Source: Laetmonice hystrix
Lineage: Eukaryota
Assembly (NCBI GenBank): GCA_965235115.1
Contig: OZ249448.1
Coordinates: 23,436,001-23,500,000, forward strand
Direction of reading: 5' to 3'
DNA: 64,000 nt
This document shows positions 14,161 through 25,581 of the stretch, piece by piece (position 1 is the stretch's first letter; each line of letters begins with the position of its first letter). The notes below the pieces were generated by a model that made no database searches, was not told where the DNA came from, and saw nothing but the letters and a program-made list of their open reading frames with translations. The translations under genes and the position numbers were made by a program.

Positions 14161-15022
14161 GCTAGCCGACATAACATTTAGGGCGAGTAACCGAATTTTG
14201 GATGAGTCTCCTCCCGTAAGTTGCTGTCAGGAAACCCCGTGTTTGTTCATCATATCATGTAAAAGTCCTGACTGCTTTCCTCGAATGCCTCAGGAATTGG
14301 TAGTGTAGATTCATAATGATCCGAAGAGTTAGTCAGAATCTGTAAACGTCGATGGTTCCTCAGATCGTATTCTGGATGCTACCTACGTGTACGTGAGTTA
14401 TAAAAAGTAAATTGGGAATGATGTTGATAAGCTCAGATCTGAAATGTCAAAGCATTATTAGTGGGAGGCAGCCTTAACATGGAAACATCTTATAAAAACT
14501 AGCTTCAATGACATTTCTTGGATGCTTTTTTAAGACATTCGCTTTATTGTCATTAAAGCCATATTAGCAATACCTGACGAAAAAGGGATCTACTTTTCTA
14601 CAAAATTGAGAATAGGAAATTAAAGGCTCCGACTAACTAGCCACCAAAATAACGAACACGTTCTCCATGTTGGGACAGAAATTGTGTCACCATGTCTGCG
14701 GTCCTGTGATTAGTGTAAGTCTGGTGTAATACTCATTTACGTAAATTGCAAGGAAGCTGATATTCTTGACAAGAGTGATTTAGAGTCGGTTCAGTTTGTG
14801 GATAAAGTGGGCAGCGTCTTGGTTGCCAGTACATGTATACAGCTCCACATGAAAGCTTCAACAACGATCGAGGAGCTTTGGGCAGAGAAGATCTGCACGG
14901 TTACCATGACTAGTTTACAGTGTTCACAAACTGCGAGTCAAAGATGTCGATAAAATCATTGTTTCTGCTCAGTCATCACATGCCAGCGTTGTTGACATTT
15001 TCACGTTATTTTGTCCATTCAG

Positions 15023-15172
15023 GGTGAAGGCACGACATGGCCTTAAGGTGATCGGAGCCGTCGCCAACGATCCCACCAGGTGGCGCATCACGGTCGACCT
15101 CAACCACAAGCGGCGGGGAGCCATGGTGACGGCGTTCGTCGCCGACAAGGACAACTACGCTAAAACTGACAG
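15023..15172 (+). CDS. TMEM132: Next coding exon of the TMEM132-family gene (150 nt, phase 2 to phase 2)
   Basis: Seen: acceptor ttttgtccattcag|G (AG 15021-15022) and donor GACAG|gtgggt (GT 15173-15174). It joins the previous exon in frame (AG+G = Arg) to give ...FVVRVKARHGLKVIGAVANDPTRWRITVDLNHKRRGAMVTAFVADKDNYAKTD, which continues the R-x-K-x-R/K-x-G...W pattern recalled for this region of TMEM132. GC-rich, coding-like codon usage stops at the donor. Confidence 0.85.
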
Positions 15173-15892
15173 GTGGGTGGGTGTCACGTCATGCCAGCGG
15201 CCACTGGTCGCCTTGGCGACACTGCCAGGGCACAGAGCATGTGGAGTTTTTTCTCTTTTTTTGTCACAGGCTTGGGAGCACAACATAAAGCTGAACTCGA
15301 AACATAAAAGGAAAAGGAAGGAACAAAAAATACTGAGAATTAAACAAAGGTTGATAAAGAAGAAAACAATGCATGGGTCTAAGCTTTAGTTTGTGAGTCA
15401 TGCATCATTGCATGGCACGTACTTTCATTATTTATCTCAGATCGTGGATATTGACTTGATATTTCAGGAGATAAGTATTTCAGGACAGTTTTCGTTCTCT
15501 CTAGACCCCGTGATCGGCGTTGTTGATTGCGGGACGTACTTGTTTGTGGCTAGAATCGGTGCAGGCCGGGCGGGCGGCTAGCCAGACGGGTGGAACAGAT
15601 TTCACGGTCCGTCTGCCCCTCGGGGGGGGGGGGGGGGGTAGGGGGTAGTCACCCTCACCCCGGCTCACGTCAGCCAGCGGTCCACCCAGTCTCCATCATT
15701 TCGTGTTAGCACAAGACAGCTGTGAAAAGATTAGCTGGAGCTGCTGAGAAAACACGCAACGGGTCCATTTTTTCCACTTAGTCTAGAGCTGTAACACAGA
15801 GGAGGGCTCAAATCATGTTCTGTGTGGCTGTGAAAGAGGGGTAATACTGGCTGTAGTGCCAGCTTTGTTTCTTCCTCAAAAACTGTCTACAC

Positions 15893-15944
15893 CAGACTCC
15901 TTCCCATGAGCCTCTCGACGAAGAGGCTCGTGGGGAGGAGTTTT
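15893..15944. other. 52-bp hairpin flanked by a 9-bp direct repeat (possible minimal transposon remnant)
   Basis: Seen: a 20-bp stem 15896-15915/15922-15941 with loop cgacga, and tgtctacac at 15884-15892 and 15945-15953. Confidence 0.6.
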
Positions 15945-16610
15945 TGTCTACACAAGTAGATTCAGGGAGAGTAGATGAAATATGATTGGTCAGCAGTTAT
16001 TCCGATTTGATCTTCTTAGTGGGAAACGGACGTAATGATACGTTCTACGTTTGGAGGTTCACCGCCCGGCCCGGCCTAGCTGATACAAACATAGGACGTT
16101 CATACATTGAGTTTATAAACTTAGGCTAGCATGTGATGGCGTCTACATGGAGAATTTTGTGAAATCTCTGGAAGAATTTATATAAGATGTGTGCAGTGAT
16201 GCTTTCACTTTCCTTTTGATGACTCATGCTGATTCACGTGATACGATGATTTGGTGGCTAGAGTGGGGAAAAACTGGAAGTCTTACATATGGCACGTAAG
16301 GAGTTCTTTTTTTATGGAATCACAGTGATGACTAGTGTGTGACCTTAGGGACAAGGATTAGTAGAAAATGTGGCGTCCCCATAAGGTTAGCATTAGGTGT
16401 TCAGTTGGAAGGTACGGATGAACTGATGGGGAAACATACGGGGAACAGACCTTCATGCTTTGATATACAGGATCCGCTGCAGGCCTGTTTTTCTGGGGAC
16501 ATTCCCCTCAAAGAAGTCAGCTACTCGCCCTCTAAGGTTTTCCGGCTTTAATCGTTTTCATAAGTTTACTGCTAGGCACGCCCTCAAATGCTAAAACTCC
16601 CCCGAAAAAT

Positions 16611-17092
16611 AAGAAATCCTGCAGGAAACCCAGGTATAGAGACTGATCGAAATGACCAGTCGGTAGATTTATCCAGTATCATGTTGGCATCAAACAGGCC
16701 CTGATTGAAGAAATCCTGCAGGAAACCCTATAGAGACTGATCGAAATGACCAGTCGGTAGATGTATCCAGTATCCTGTTGTCGTCAGACAGGTCCTGATT
16801 GAAGAAATCCTGCAGGAAACCCAGGTATACAGACCGATCGAAATGACCAGTCGGTAGATGTATCCAATACCATGTTGTCGTCAAACAGGCCCTGATTGAA
16901 GAAATCCTGCAGGAAACCCAGGTATATAGACCGATCGAAATGACCAGTCGGTAGATGTATCCAGTATCATGTTGTCGTCAAACAGGTCCTGATTGAAGAA
17001 ATCCTGCAGGAAACCCTATAGAGACCGATCGAAATGACCAGTCGGTAGATGAATCCAATATCATGTTGGCATCAAACAGGTCCTGATTGAAG
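16611..17092. repeat. Tandem array, about 94-98-bp unit, about 5 copies
   Basis: Seen: aagaaatcctgcaggaaaccc...gatcgaaatgaccagtcggtagat...caaacagg(c/t)cctgattg restarts at about 16611, 16708, 16802, 16899 and 16997. Confidence 0.96.
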
Positions 17093-19005
17093 TATAAAGA
17101 GTTATTATATTAATCCAGTATGAACGGAGACCCTAGCTGGAGACTTATTTCTATGAATTATTCTTGACATTGATTCTGAGCTGTGTCTGAATCAATCATC
17201 AAGATTGATCAAAGTAACTCGCAACATTCAGTTCTCGTCCGGGAGTAGCTATTTCAGGAACAGTGAAGTTTTTGTGGACTTTATGTCGACGGGGTCTGAC
17301 TGTACACACAATTATTTGTTTGTATAGAATGTTCCTGAGGTTGTTTTTTTATAAAGTCCGTCACGAGATGTAGACCAGCCCCACCATCACCACCACCACA
17401 ACCAGCAATGACATCAGCAGTCACAGCACTTCAGTTTTTATTACTCTAAATAAGTTCTGCTCGCAGTTGTCTCTCTGATGATGCGTGCAGGATGTAGGTC
17501 TGATAACTGTCAGCCTGGAGTTAGACCTGTGTTCTCCGACTCACGCCCTAGGGAAGCGTTTAGAATAACCAGAATTTATTGCCGAGTGTTAGCACTGTGA
17601 GAGAGACCTACTGCCGCAATGAACCAGCACAGATATATGAATTAACAGAGTCCGGGATCGGCCAGGATCTCAATAATCTTGTGGTACAGGTTTGGCATAG
17701 CAACAACTAGGAGTCAGACTGAGAAAATATCATGTCTAAAATGACAAAATTGAAGCAATTCTTGGTATTTTGAACATATCCGTAGAACAGTCAAAAATAG
17801 CTGCTTACCCCAGGGATGCTAAGAGTGTGGTTTTTTTTAATGACCTAACAAAACGTTAACTTCATTTTCGGGATACGATTCCTGAAGTAAGGTCAACATG
17901 TGGGTGCAGAAGACTGGTGTAGAGTCGGCCCGAACAATATGACCTTTTTCTTTCCTGGCCATTTGTTCCGGTATCAAATAGTTGTCCACAGATAGTGTGG
18001 TAGGAACAGAATAACTCATGCAATCCTTATCTACTACCTGCACGCCATAACCAAGACTCGTGTAAACGAATGTCATGTATTGGAGATTTTTCACGGACAG
18101 GGGGAGGTGGGACCGGGAGGGGGGGGGGGCTCCTGATACAGTTTGAGGAACGCAGCGTGCCACCCTGTTTATGTGTTCTTCACCGTGTAACTGTGGAGCG
18201 AGGCGCTTTGAAGATTTCCGGTCGATTTCTGATGTAGCGCCAGGGAATGTTTCCAGTTCGTACCAACAGTCCGGAGAAGTGTTTGCCAAAGGTTGGGTCG
18301 TTGGTGTACACCCGCCAAAATAACGGAACGCTTTTTATTCCCCTTGCCTCCGCTGTGTCTGTGATGTCGACAGTGGCCCCTTGAGGGGTTCCGGTCAATA
18401 TGGGGCGGGCCAGTAGCCGGTGGCCAGTGCCGGTAGCCGGTGGACAGTGGCCGGTCCGTGTCCCTGTCAGGGCAGGCAAGGGCCAAGTGCTTTGAACTTC
18501 ACTCGGGATTCCCAACACTTCACACAAGACGACCTGCGCTGGCGACGACTTGACCTCGGGGCCTTCATTCAGCCGTCAGGGGGCAGCACTGAGCGGTTAG
18601 GACATTCGTAAAACTTCGGCTTTCCGGGAACAGCCGAGGTTTTTGGAGTGGGTTTTCGAGTAGATTTCTGAGGACGGGAGGTCTGCACATAGACTGGAGA
18701 CCGGGGCCAACAGTCGAAAGGACTATAGCCCCTCAAGAATTTCGGCATGACATCAATAGTGTTGTTGGTCAAACTTCGACGTACATTAAAATGTACATAG
18801 TATACCGTCATTTTTCTAACCATCTTGTCTAAGTATGTCTTGCATAATAAAGCCCCGTTGAAAGAGAAGTCCCATTGGTAATAATGCTCTAGTGGTAATG
18901 TGTTGTCGATGGGTCAGGGCTGCCAGCGGTGGTGACCCCACAGGTCTCATCAGGGGGTGGAGGGGTGAATAGAGAGGGTGATGGGGATGGTGAGGCCAGG
19001 CTAGA

Positions 19006-19223
19006 TCCCCAGGGTAAACACCAACCTCTATCCACGTTAGTCCCCTATAGTTACGGTATTGAGGGCAAGGGCAGGGATAGGGATAGGTTTTTTTTTAGGT
19101 GTGGTGGGGGGCGGAGGACCCGGGTGTAGGTTAGGGACAGTGACAGGTCTAGGATATAGGACCAGTATTAAATAGATTTTTAGTTTACATTCTCAGCCCA
19201 CATGGAGATTTTACCCTGGGTGA
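19006..19223. mobile_element. MITE-like element, G-rich orientation
   Basis: Seen: perfect 11-bp inverted ends cccagggtaaa (19008-19018) and tttaccctggg (19210-19220), with a G-rich interior (agggataggg, ggttaggg). Confidence 0.55.
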
Positions 19224-21084
19224 CCGTCCCAGTCAAACACATAGAGGTGTTTCCAAGCTAATACAGGTTTGGCACGTAAAGAACAGTACTCACTGATTGC
19301 TAAACCCCAAGGCTCCCCATATAGAGCTGTACGGACCTGCTTTACGCCCGGCCTAAATATTGACAGATGATCCCGTGTTGAAATGGGGCCCACATGGGAC
19401 AGTTAGGTCGTGGTTTCCATGTTTATTTCTAGACGATGGTTGTTTATTATGTATGGCTGGACATAGAGTTCAGCAAGAGGTAAGACTAGGGGGGCAGGGA
19501 GTTCTAGGGGTACAGTAAGACAGAGAAAACAAACAGCATTAAATAGCATGGTGCTGGATCTCCCCCCTACCCCCCACCAACCACCCCCACCCCAACCAAC
19601 CACCCCCACCCCGACCACTCCCCGTCTCTATGATCCATGATTGATGGGGTTCGCTGCAGGCACCAACAGACTGTTGATCCATTGCAACAAGTGCATCCCA
19701 TAATACTTTAGACCTAGACTCCAGGGAACTACGCCTGCGTTATGGTAACGCCAAAATAATACAGGGACGGATCCGTGCGGAGTGGACGGAGAAATCAAAG
19801 GGAGTTTCTTAGTCGACTTCAGTTTCCAAACCTTTGACCCCCGCCCCCCGCTCCTGTTGCACCTCCTTTCTTATTGAAGCCATTATTTTAAAATCCTATG
19901 TATGCCGGCGGTTATTAACATTGTAAGGAAGGCGAGGGGCTGGGGGTACGGAGATGTCAATTGGCAGGTCTTGGGACCGGAAGTAGGGGTTAGGAGAAGG
20001 TTTGGAACTGGGTATAGTGGGAGATATTTAATTCTTAACTCCCATATCGTAGAAGTGATCAGGATGGCAGGCGCAGGCGGCAGAATTAGAAGTCTGATAC
20101 TTAGATACGAGTGACCCAAATAATACGAAATAATCCATTTCAGTACTAGAAGGTTAAACGTACAACCGACCTTGGTTATGGTCCACCTACATATTGGACC
20201 ATGTAGAAGAGGATTGAGGGATTAAAGAATGCGTTAGAGGAAGCAAGGATTAGCAGTTTGTTAATGCGGCTTACAATTACCAGGGCCTTAGAATAGACCC
20301 CAGCTGTGAGAACATGTGGACTGCATACCAATGGATCCTCAACGACCTGAACTCTGTGACTACAAGTTTGGCATTCCAAGAGGTAATCTGTTCCCCTCCC
20401 TGTGATGTTCCCTCCCTATATTAAATGGACTGGGATAAACAGTTGAAGTAATCAAATGCTTTTAATTAGTGGGAACAAGTTTCCCCGTAAGGACTTGCGG
20501 AGGGCCACAAAGCTCAAAATGATATTGAATGAGCAAAGACTGCATCTTCTACATGGTATACACCACGTTTGAAACAAGTATGATTTATAGATCTCTTGAG
20601 ATAATATTATCCTGTTGAAATAAGTCATTTTATGAAAATATTTACAAGATGTAAATTTTTGGCCCTTTTGTCAAACCGTGTAAAAATTCGTTATCAGGGG
20701 TAGAAACAACACTACAATCTATAAACAAGAGCAAATGCCAAAAACACAACTTGGTTTTTTTCCGAATCAGTTGCTTGTCACTATATATTTTTCCAAATAT
20801 GAATATCTAACTTGCCTGGATCTTCCGCTGTATTTTCTTTTCTCTGAGAAGAGTACATTTTTGTTATAATCTGAGTTGATGTGATATCAACCCAGGAGAG
20901 CAAGTAGACAGTGCAGTAATTGAATTTTGTATTGGATTGATAGATTTATTGTCATAGAGTATAAAGTGTTCTCCAGAGGCCAGATCCCTGTTTGAGTGTG
21001 TGCCTCAGACTGTAGTAGGCGATTCCCTCATGGTAACAAGGCAAGATCTCAGGTAGCTACCCCCATCTCACTAACAACGGTAGG

Positions 21085-21765
21085 AATCCCCAGATTGAGG
21101 ACATTGCTGCTTTAAGATGTCGCACGGGAAACTCCCCACCGAAATCTCCAGATTGGGGACATTGCTGCTTTAAGATGTCGCACGGGAAACTCCCCACCGA
21201 AATCTCCAGATTGGGGACATTGCTGGTTTAAGATGTCGCACGGGAAACTCCCCACCGAAATCTCCAGATTGGGGACATTGCTGCTTTAAGATGTCGCACG
21301 GGAAACTCCCCACCGAAATTCCCAGATTGGGGACATTGCTGCTTTAAGATGTCCCACGGGAAAGCGGCAGCCCCTCCCCACCAAAATCCCCAGATTGAGG
21401 ACATTGCTGGTTTAAGATGTCGCACGGGAAAGCCCCTCCCCACAGAAATTCCCAGATTGGGGACATTGCTGGTTTAAGATGTCGCACGGGAAAGCGGCAG
21501 CCCCTCCTCACCGAAATCCCCAGATTGAGGACATTTCTGGTTTAAGATGTCGCACGGGAAAGCCCCTCCCCACCGAAATCCCCAGACTGGGGACATCGCC
21601 ATTTTGAGATATCGCATGGGAAACTGCCCACTGAAATCTCTAGATTGAGGACATCGCCAGTTTGAGATGTCACACGGGAAAGCCCTTCCCCACCGAAATT
21701 CCCAGATTGGGGACATCTGGTTTGAGATGTCGCGCGGGAAAGCCTGTCCCTGCATGCTGACATCC
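21085..21765. repeat. Tandem array, 58-bp core unit (longer variants of about 63-67 bp), about 11 copies with polar divergence
   Basis: Seen: ccagattggggacattgctgctttaagatgtcgcacgggaaactccccaccgaaatct. The 5' copies are nearly identical and the 3' copies are progressively more diverged. Confidence 0.96.
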
Positions 21766-24277
21766 CAAATCGGTGATATTTCCGGAGACTGCTCAGTCGG
21801 ATTAAGTAGTGAGATAGCTTCACGAAATGCTGGGTGGGTCTAAGTGAAACTGAACCCAGTCAGGATCCCTGGTGAGAGCCACTTCTAGCCATGGAGTTGA
21901 AATATTCACAGCCTTGGTTCTATCAAATATGGAGGTGAGGTGCCGGGTGGTGGTGGGAGAAGTCTCCTGGGGTAAGGCGCTGTCGTTGGGCAGTTTTGAC
22001 ACGGCAGTGGGGCAGGGCTTTGGCAATCACTGTGATCCCTCAGAGCTGATGTATTATTGATAGCTGAGCACAGGTAGGCCTGAGTCACCACAGCAGGCGT
22101 GGGAACCCCCAGCCCAGGTAGGCCATCAAAGGCGACGTGGATGTCATATGAACAAAGTAGGATCAGCCACCAGAAAGGTTCGTAGACAGGGTCGCAGGTT
22201 GTTTGAGGAGGAGGGAGGAACAGGTCTGGAGATTACAGAGGCCTGTAGATATCGTCCTGTGGTCAGCGTGCCATGGCAAGGTCAGGGGTTCCCACAGGAC
22301 CGTTTGAATGTGGGGAAGGACTCGCCAGTTGCTGAGGACTCACCAGTTATTGTTTCAAAAAGTTCAAAATCTAGACGACCTTCAACAAAGGATGAACACT
22401 CTGCTAGGATATCCCATAGAGGGCTAACATGTTTGCGGGCAAACATGTTAATGACAACTCAAATCCTTTTTCTCACTCTCGTTTCCTTTCGCATAGCCAG
22501 ACCCTTCCAGTTTGTCAGACATGCTGGCAGATCTGAAGCCAAAGGTGTGTCGGTTTAAACCTTCTTATTTCCTTAACACGTCCCAAGGATTACTTAAAAG
22601 GTCTGAACGTCTTTTGGATTTCATTTTCAAATGAGTACACAGAGGCACTTTAGGTATAGCAGAGCTTGTGCCGGGACCTATGGATACTTTTCACCGTGCC
22701 CTTCACGGTCCACATTGCGGCATTTCAAAGGAAGCTTGTGAGATGGCTCAAGTCAGGAGGGGATGAGCGAGATCTTCTATGGTACCATGTCCACTTAATG
22801 TTGTGGTATAATCTAAGAATATGTCACTATTCTTAGCCCCAAACCTAATCCTAGTGCCTTGCAAGAAAACCTAAAGCTATCTCTCTCCCTGCCCGGAGTT
22901 GGTGGGGATCGTACCATGGGGGAATAGCTCGTGAAGGTAGTCAGTCAACAGGTCGGAGCTCCAGGAGCCAGGGCCGCCCGGATGACTGGCACCAATGGCA
23001 GCCGCTCATGATGAGGTGGCCTTTCCCCGGCCACTCTCCGTTTGACCACACAGGAAACCTTCAAAGGTCAGTCAGCCTATCGCCGGAGACTAGAAAGGAA
23101 TAGAGACAAGTACGCAGCCCGTGCGTCTCCAGGAAACTCTCTAATGTCATTGGTGGACACGGGGGAGGTCAGACCGCGGTGAATGCCAAACGCAGCTGTC
23201 ATTGGTCAATTGTTGTTGTCGTATTAGGTGACTTTTATGCCGTAGTGTATCGCGAGTAGCCGGGTTTGAAGGTCCCAAGGGGATTATGTGATGATGAGAA
23301 GGTCACAGAACACTAAAGTCCTCTGAAGTTGGGGAGGATGGGGTCTTGAGGCGGCATCGTCACCATGGCAACCAGGAATTAACAAGGTTAAAGGCGAGAA
23401 TGATAGGGGAAAACAGGATATTCTTCAAGAATGGGAATTAATATGTAATACGATGTACATGGCCCCTATCAGATGGAACTTTCTAGATAAGGTCTTTAGT
23501 CATCCATTTTTTCACAGTTTGTGATTGTCTGATAAGATTGCAGCTCCATCTTAGTTCCTCGACAGTGAGATCTAAATATATCCAGCTAAGTCCGTTAAAA
23601 TTGAATCGCAAGGTATTGGACTCATGTATCAGTATCATGAAGCTGAGGATATTTTGTTCTGCAGGAGCCAGGATCATGTCTGGCTGGAGGGGGGGGGGGG
23701 GTAGTAATTCTGAAGTTAATTTATGTAGGTACTCATGTTCTGAAACAATAATCCATTGCTCCCGGCTGTATGCTTCCTGTGGCCATATGGTACAGTCGCC
23801 TCCTTCCATTGAGTACTCTGTGGCTCGAAATGGACATGGAGGCAAGGAAAAAAACCGTATCCCTACTCCTGCCCCTATCCCCCACCCTGCATTGATGGCG
23901 GATATTACCCTGAGGGGGGTAACAAGGAGGGGTATTGAGGAGATATATTAGTGCCGCTGTTCTCGGAGAGCAACAGTTTGACGGTCCGTCATCGTTGAGG
24001 GTTGGCACAGTGTCACTTGAGGATTGATCCACGGTCAGGGAGAATGGATAACTTTCACCATAGCCAGCCTTACCCCATCGTTCAGGAGGATGAGGGGTGG
24101 GCACCGGCTCCCTGTCCATGACCTTTTGACCTTGTACTAAGTAGTCTGGATCAGCACAGAATGTATGTGCGAGATAATCGACAGTCCTATACTGTATGCG
24201 CGTAGTACATGTGGTCATACACGATGCTATCCTCAATCTTGGTATTTCTGACTGAGGCATATTTATCACTTCAGAGT

Positions 24278-25581
24278 TTCCTTGTACTCGACTAGGGAAT
24301 CTTATCCAGATCAGTGGGAGCTTGGTGGACTTGGCAACGTACCCTACCCGTGTGAGCGAAGGCGTACGTCTATCGTTTCCTTGTACTTGACTAGGGAATC
24401 TTATCCAGATCAGTCGGAGTTTGTTGGACTTGGTGACGTACCCGTGTGAGCGAAGGTGTACGTCTATCGTTTCCTTGTACTTGACTAGGGAATCTTAGAT
24501 CAGTCGGAGTTTGTTGGACTTGGTGACGTACCCGTGTGAGTGAAGGCGTCCGTCTATCGTCTCCTTGTACTTGACTAGGGAATCTTAGATCAGTCGGAGT
24601 TTGTTGGACTTGGTTACGTACCCGTGTGAGCGAAGGCGTACGTCGATCGTTTCCTTGTACTTGACTAGGGAATCTTAGATCAGTCGGAGTTTGTTAGACT
24701 TGGTGACGTACCCTACCCGTGTGAGCAAAGGCGTACGTCGATCGTTTCCTTGTACTTGACTAGGGAATCTTAGATCAGTCGGAGTTTGTTGGACTTGGTG
24801 ACGTACCCGTGTGAGCGAAGGCGTACGTCTATCGTTTCCTTGTACTTGACTAGGGAATCTTATCCAGATCAGTGGGAGCTTGGTGGACTTGGTGACGTAC
24901 CCGTGTGAGCGAAGGCGTACGTCGATCGTTTCCTTGTACATGACTAGGGAATCTTAGATCAGTCGGAGTTTGTTGGACTTGGTAACGTACCCTACCCGTG
25001 TGAGCGAAGGCGTACGTCGATCGTTTCCTTGTACATGACTAGGGAATCTTAGATCAGTCGGAGTTTGTTGGACTTGGTAACGTACCCTACCCGTGTGAGC
25101 GAAGGCGTACATCTATCGTCTCCTTGTACTTGACTAGGGAATCTTAGATCAGTCGGAGTTTGTTGGACTTGGTGACGTACCCGTGTGAGCGAAGGCGTAC
25201 GTCGATCGTTTCCTTGTACTTGACTAGGGAATCTTAGATCAGTCGGAGTTTGTTGGACTTGGTGACGTACCCTACCCGTGTGAGCGAAGGCGTACGTCTA
25301 TCGTTTCCTTGTACTTGAATAGGGAATCTTAGATCAGTCGGAGTTTGTTGGACTTAGTGACGTACCCGTGTGAGCGAAGGCGTACGTCTATCGTTTCCTT
25401 GTACTTGACTAGGGAATCTTAGATCAGTCGGAGTTTGATGGACTTGGTGACGTACCCTACCCGTGTGAGCGAAGGCGTACGTCTATCGTTTCCTTGTACT
25501 TGACTAGGGAATCTTAGATCAGTCGGAGTTTGTTGGACTTGGTGACGTACCCGTGTGAGTGAAGGCGTACGTTTATCGTCT
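24278..25581. repeat. CpG-rich tandem array, about 90-99-bp unit, about 14 copies
   Basis: Seen: ccttgtacttgactagggaatcttagatcagtcggagtttgttggacttggtgacgtacccgtgtgagcgaaggcgtacgtctatcgttt, with optional +4 and +5 nt indels. Confidence 0.97.

Noticed and set aside
12928-14172. ORFs with YDPRYHGFVTGTGLV / HTLGQFPLQTHDILD repeats
   Set aside because: Translations of a 45-bp minisatellite that is open on both strands, interrupted by indels, and lacks splice context.
19433-19479. 47-nt AG/GT-bounded segment
   Set aside because: Contains an in-frame TAG and shifts the frame. It cannot be distinguished from chance without RNA data.
19600-19735. Minus-strand LKYYGMHLLQWINSLL, reminiscent of CR1/L2 reverse transcriptase
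   Set aside because: The flanking RT motifs (DFxKAFD upstream, GVPQGS downstream) are absent, so the match is too short to support.
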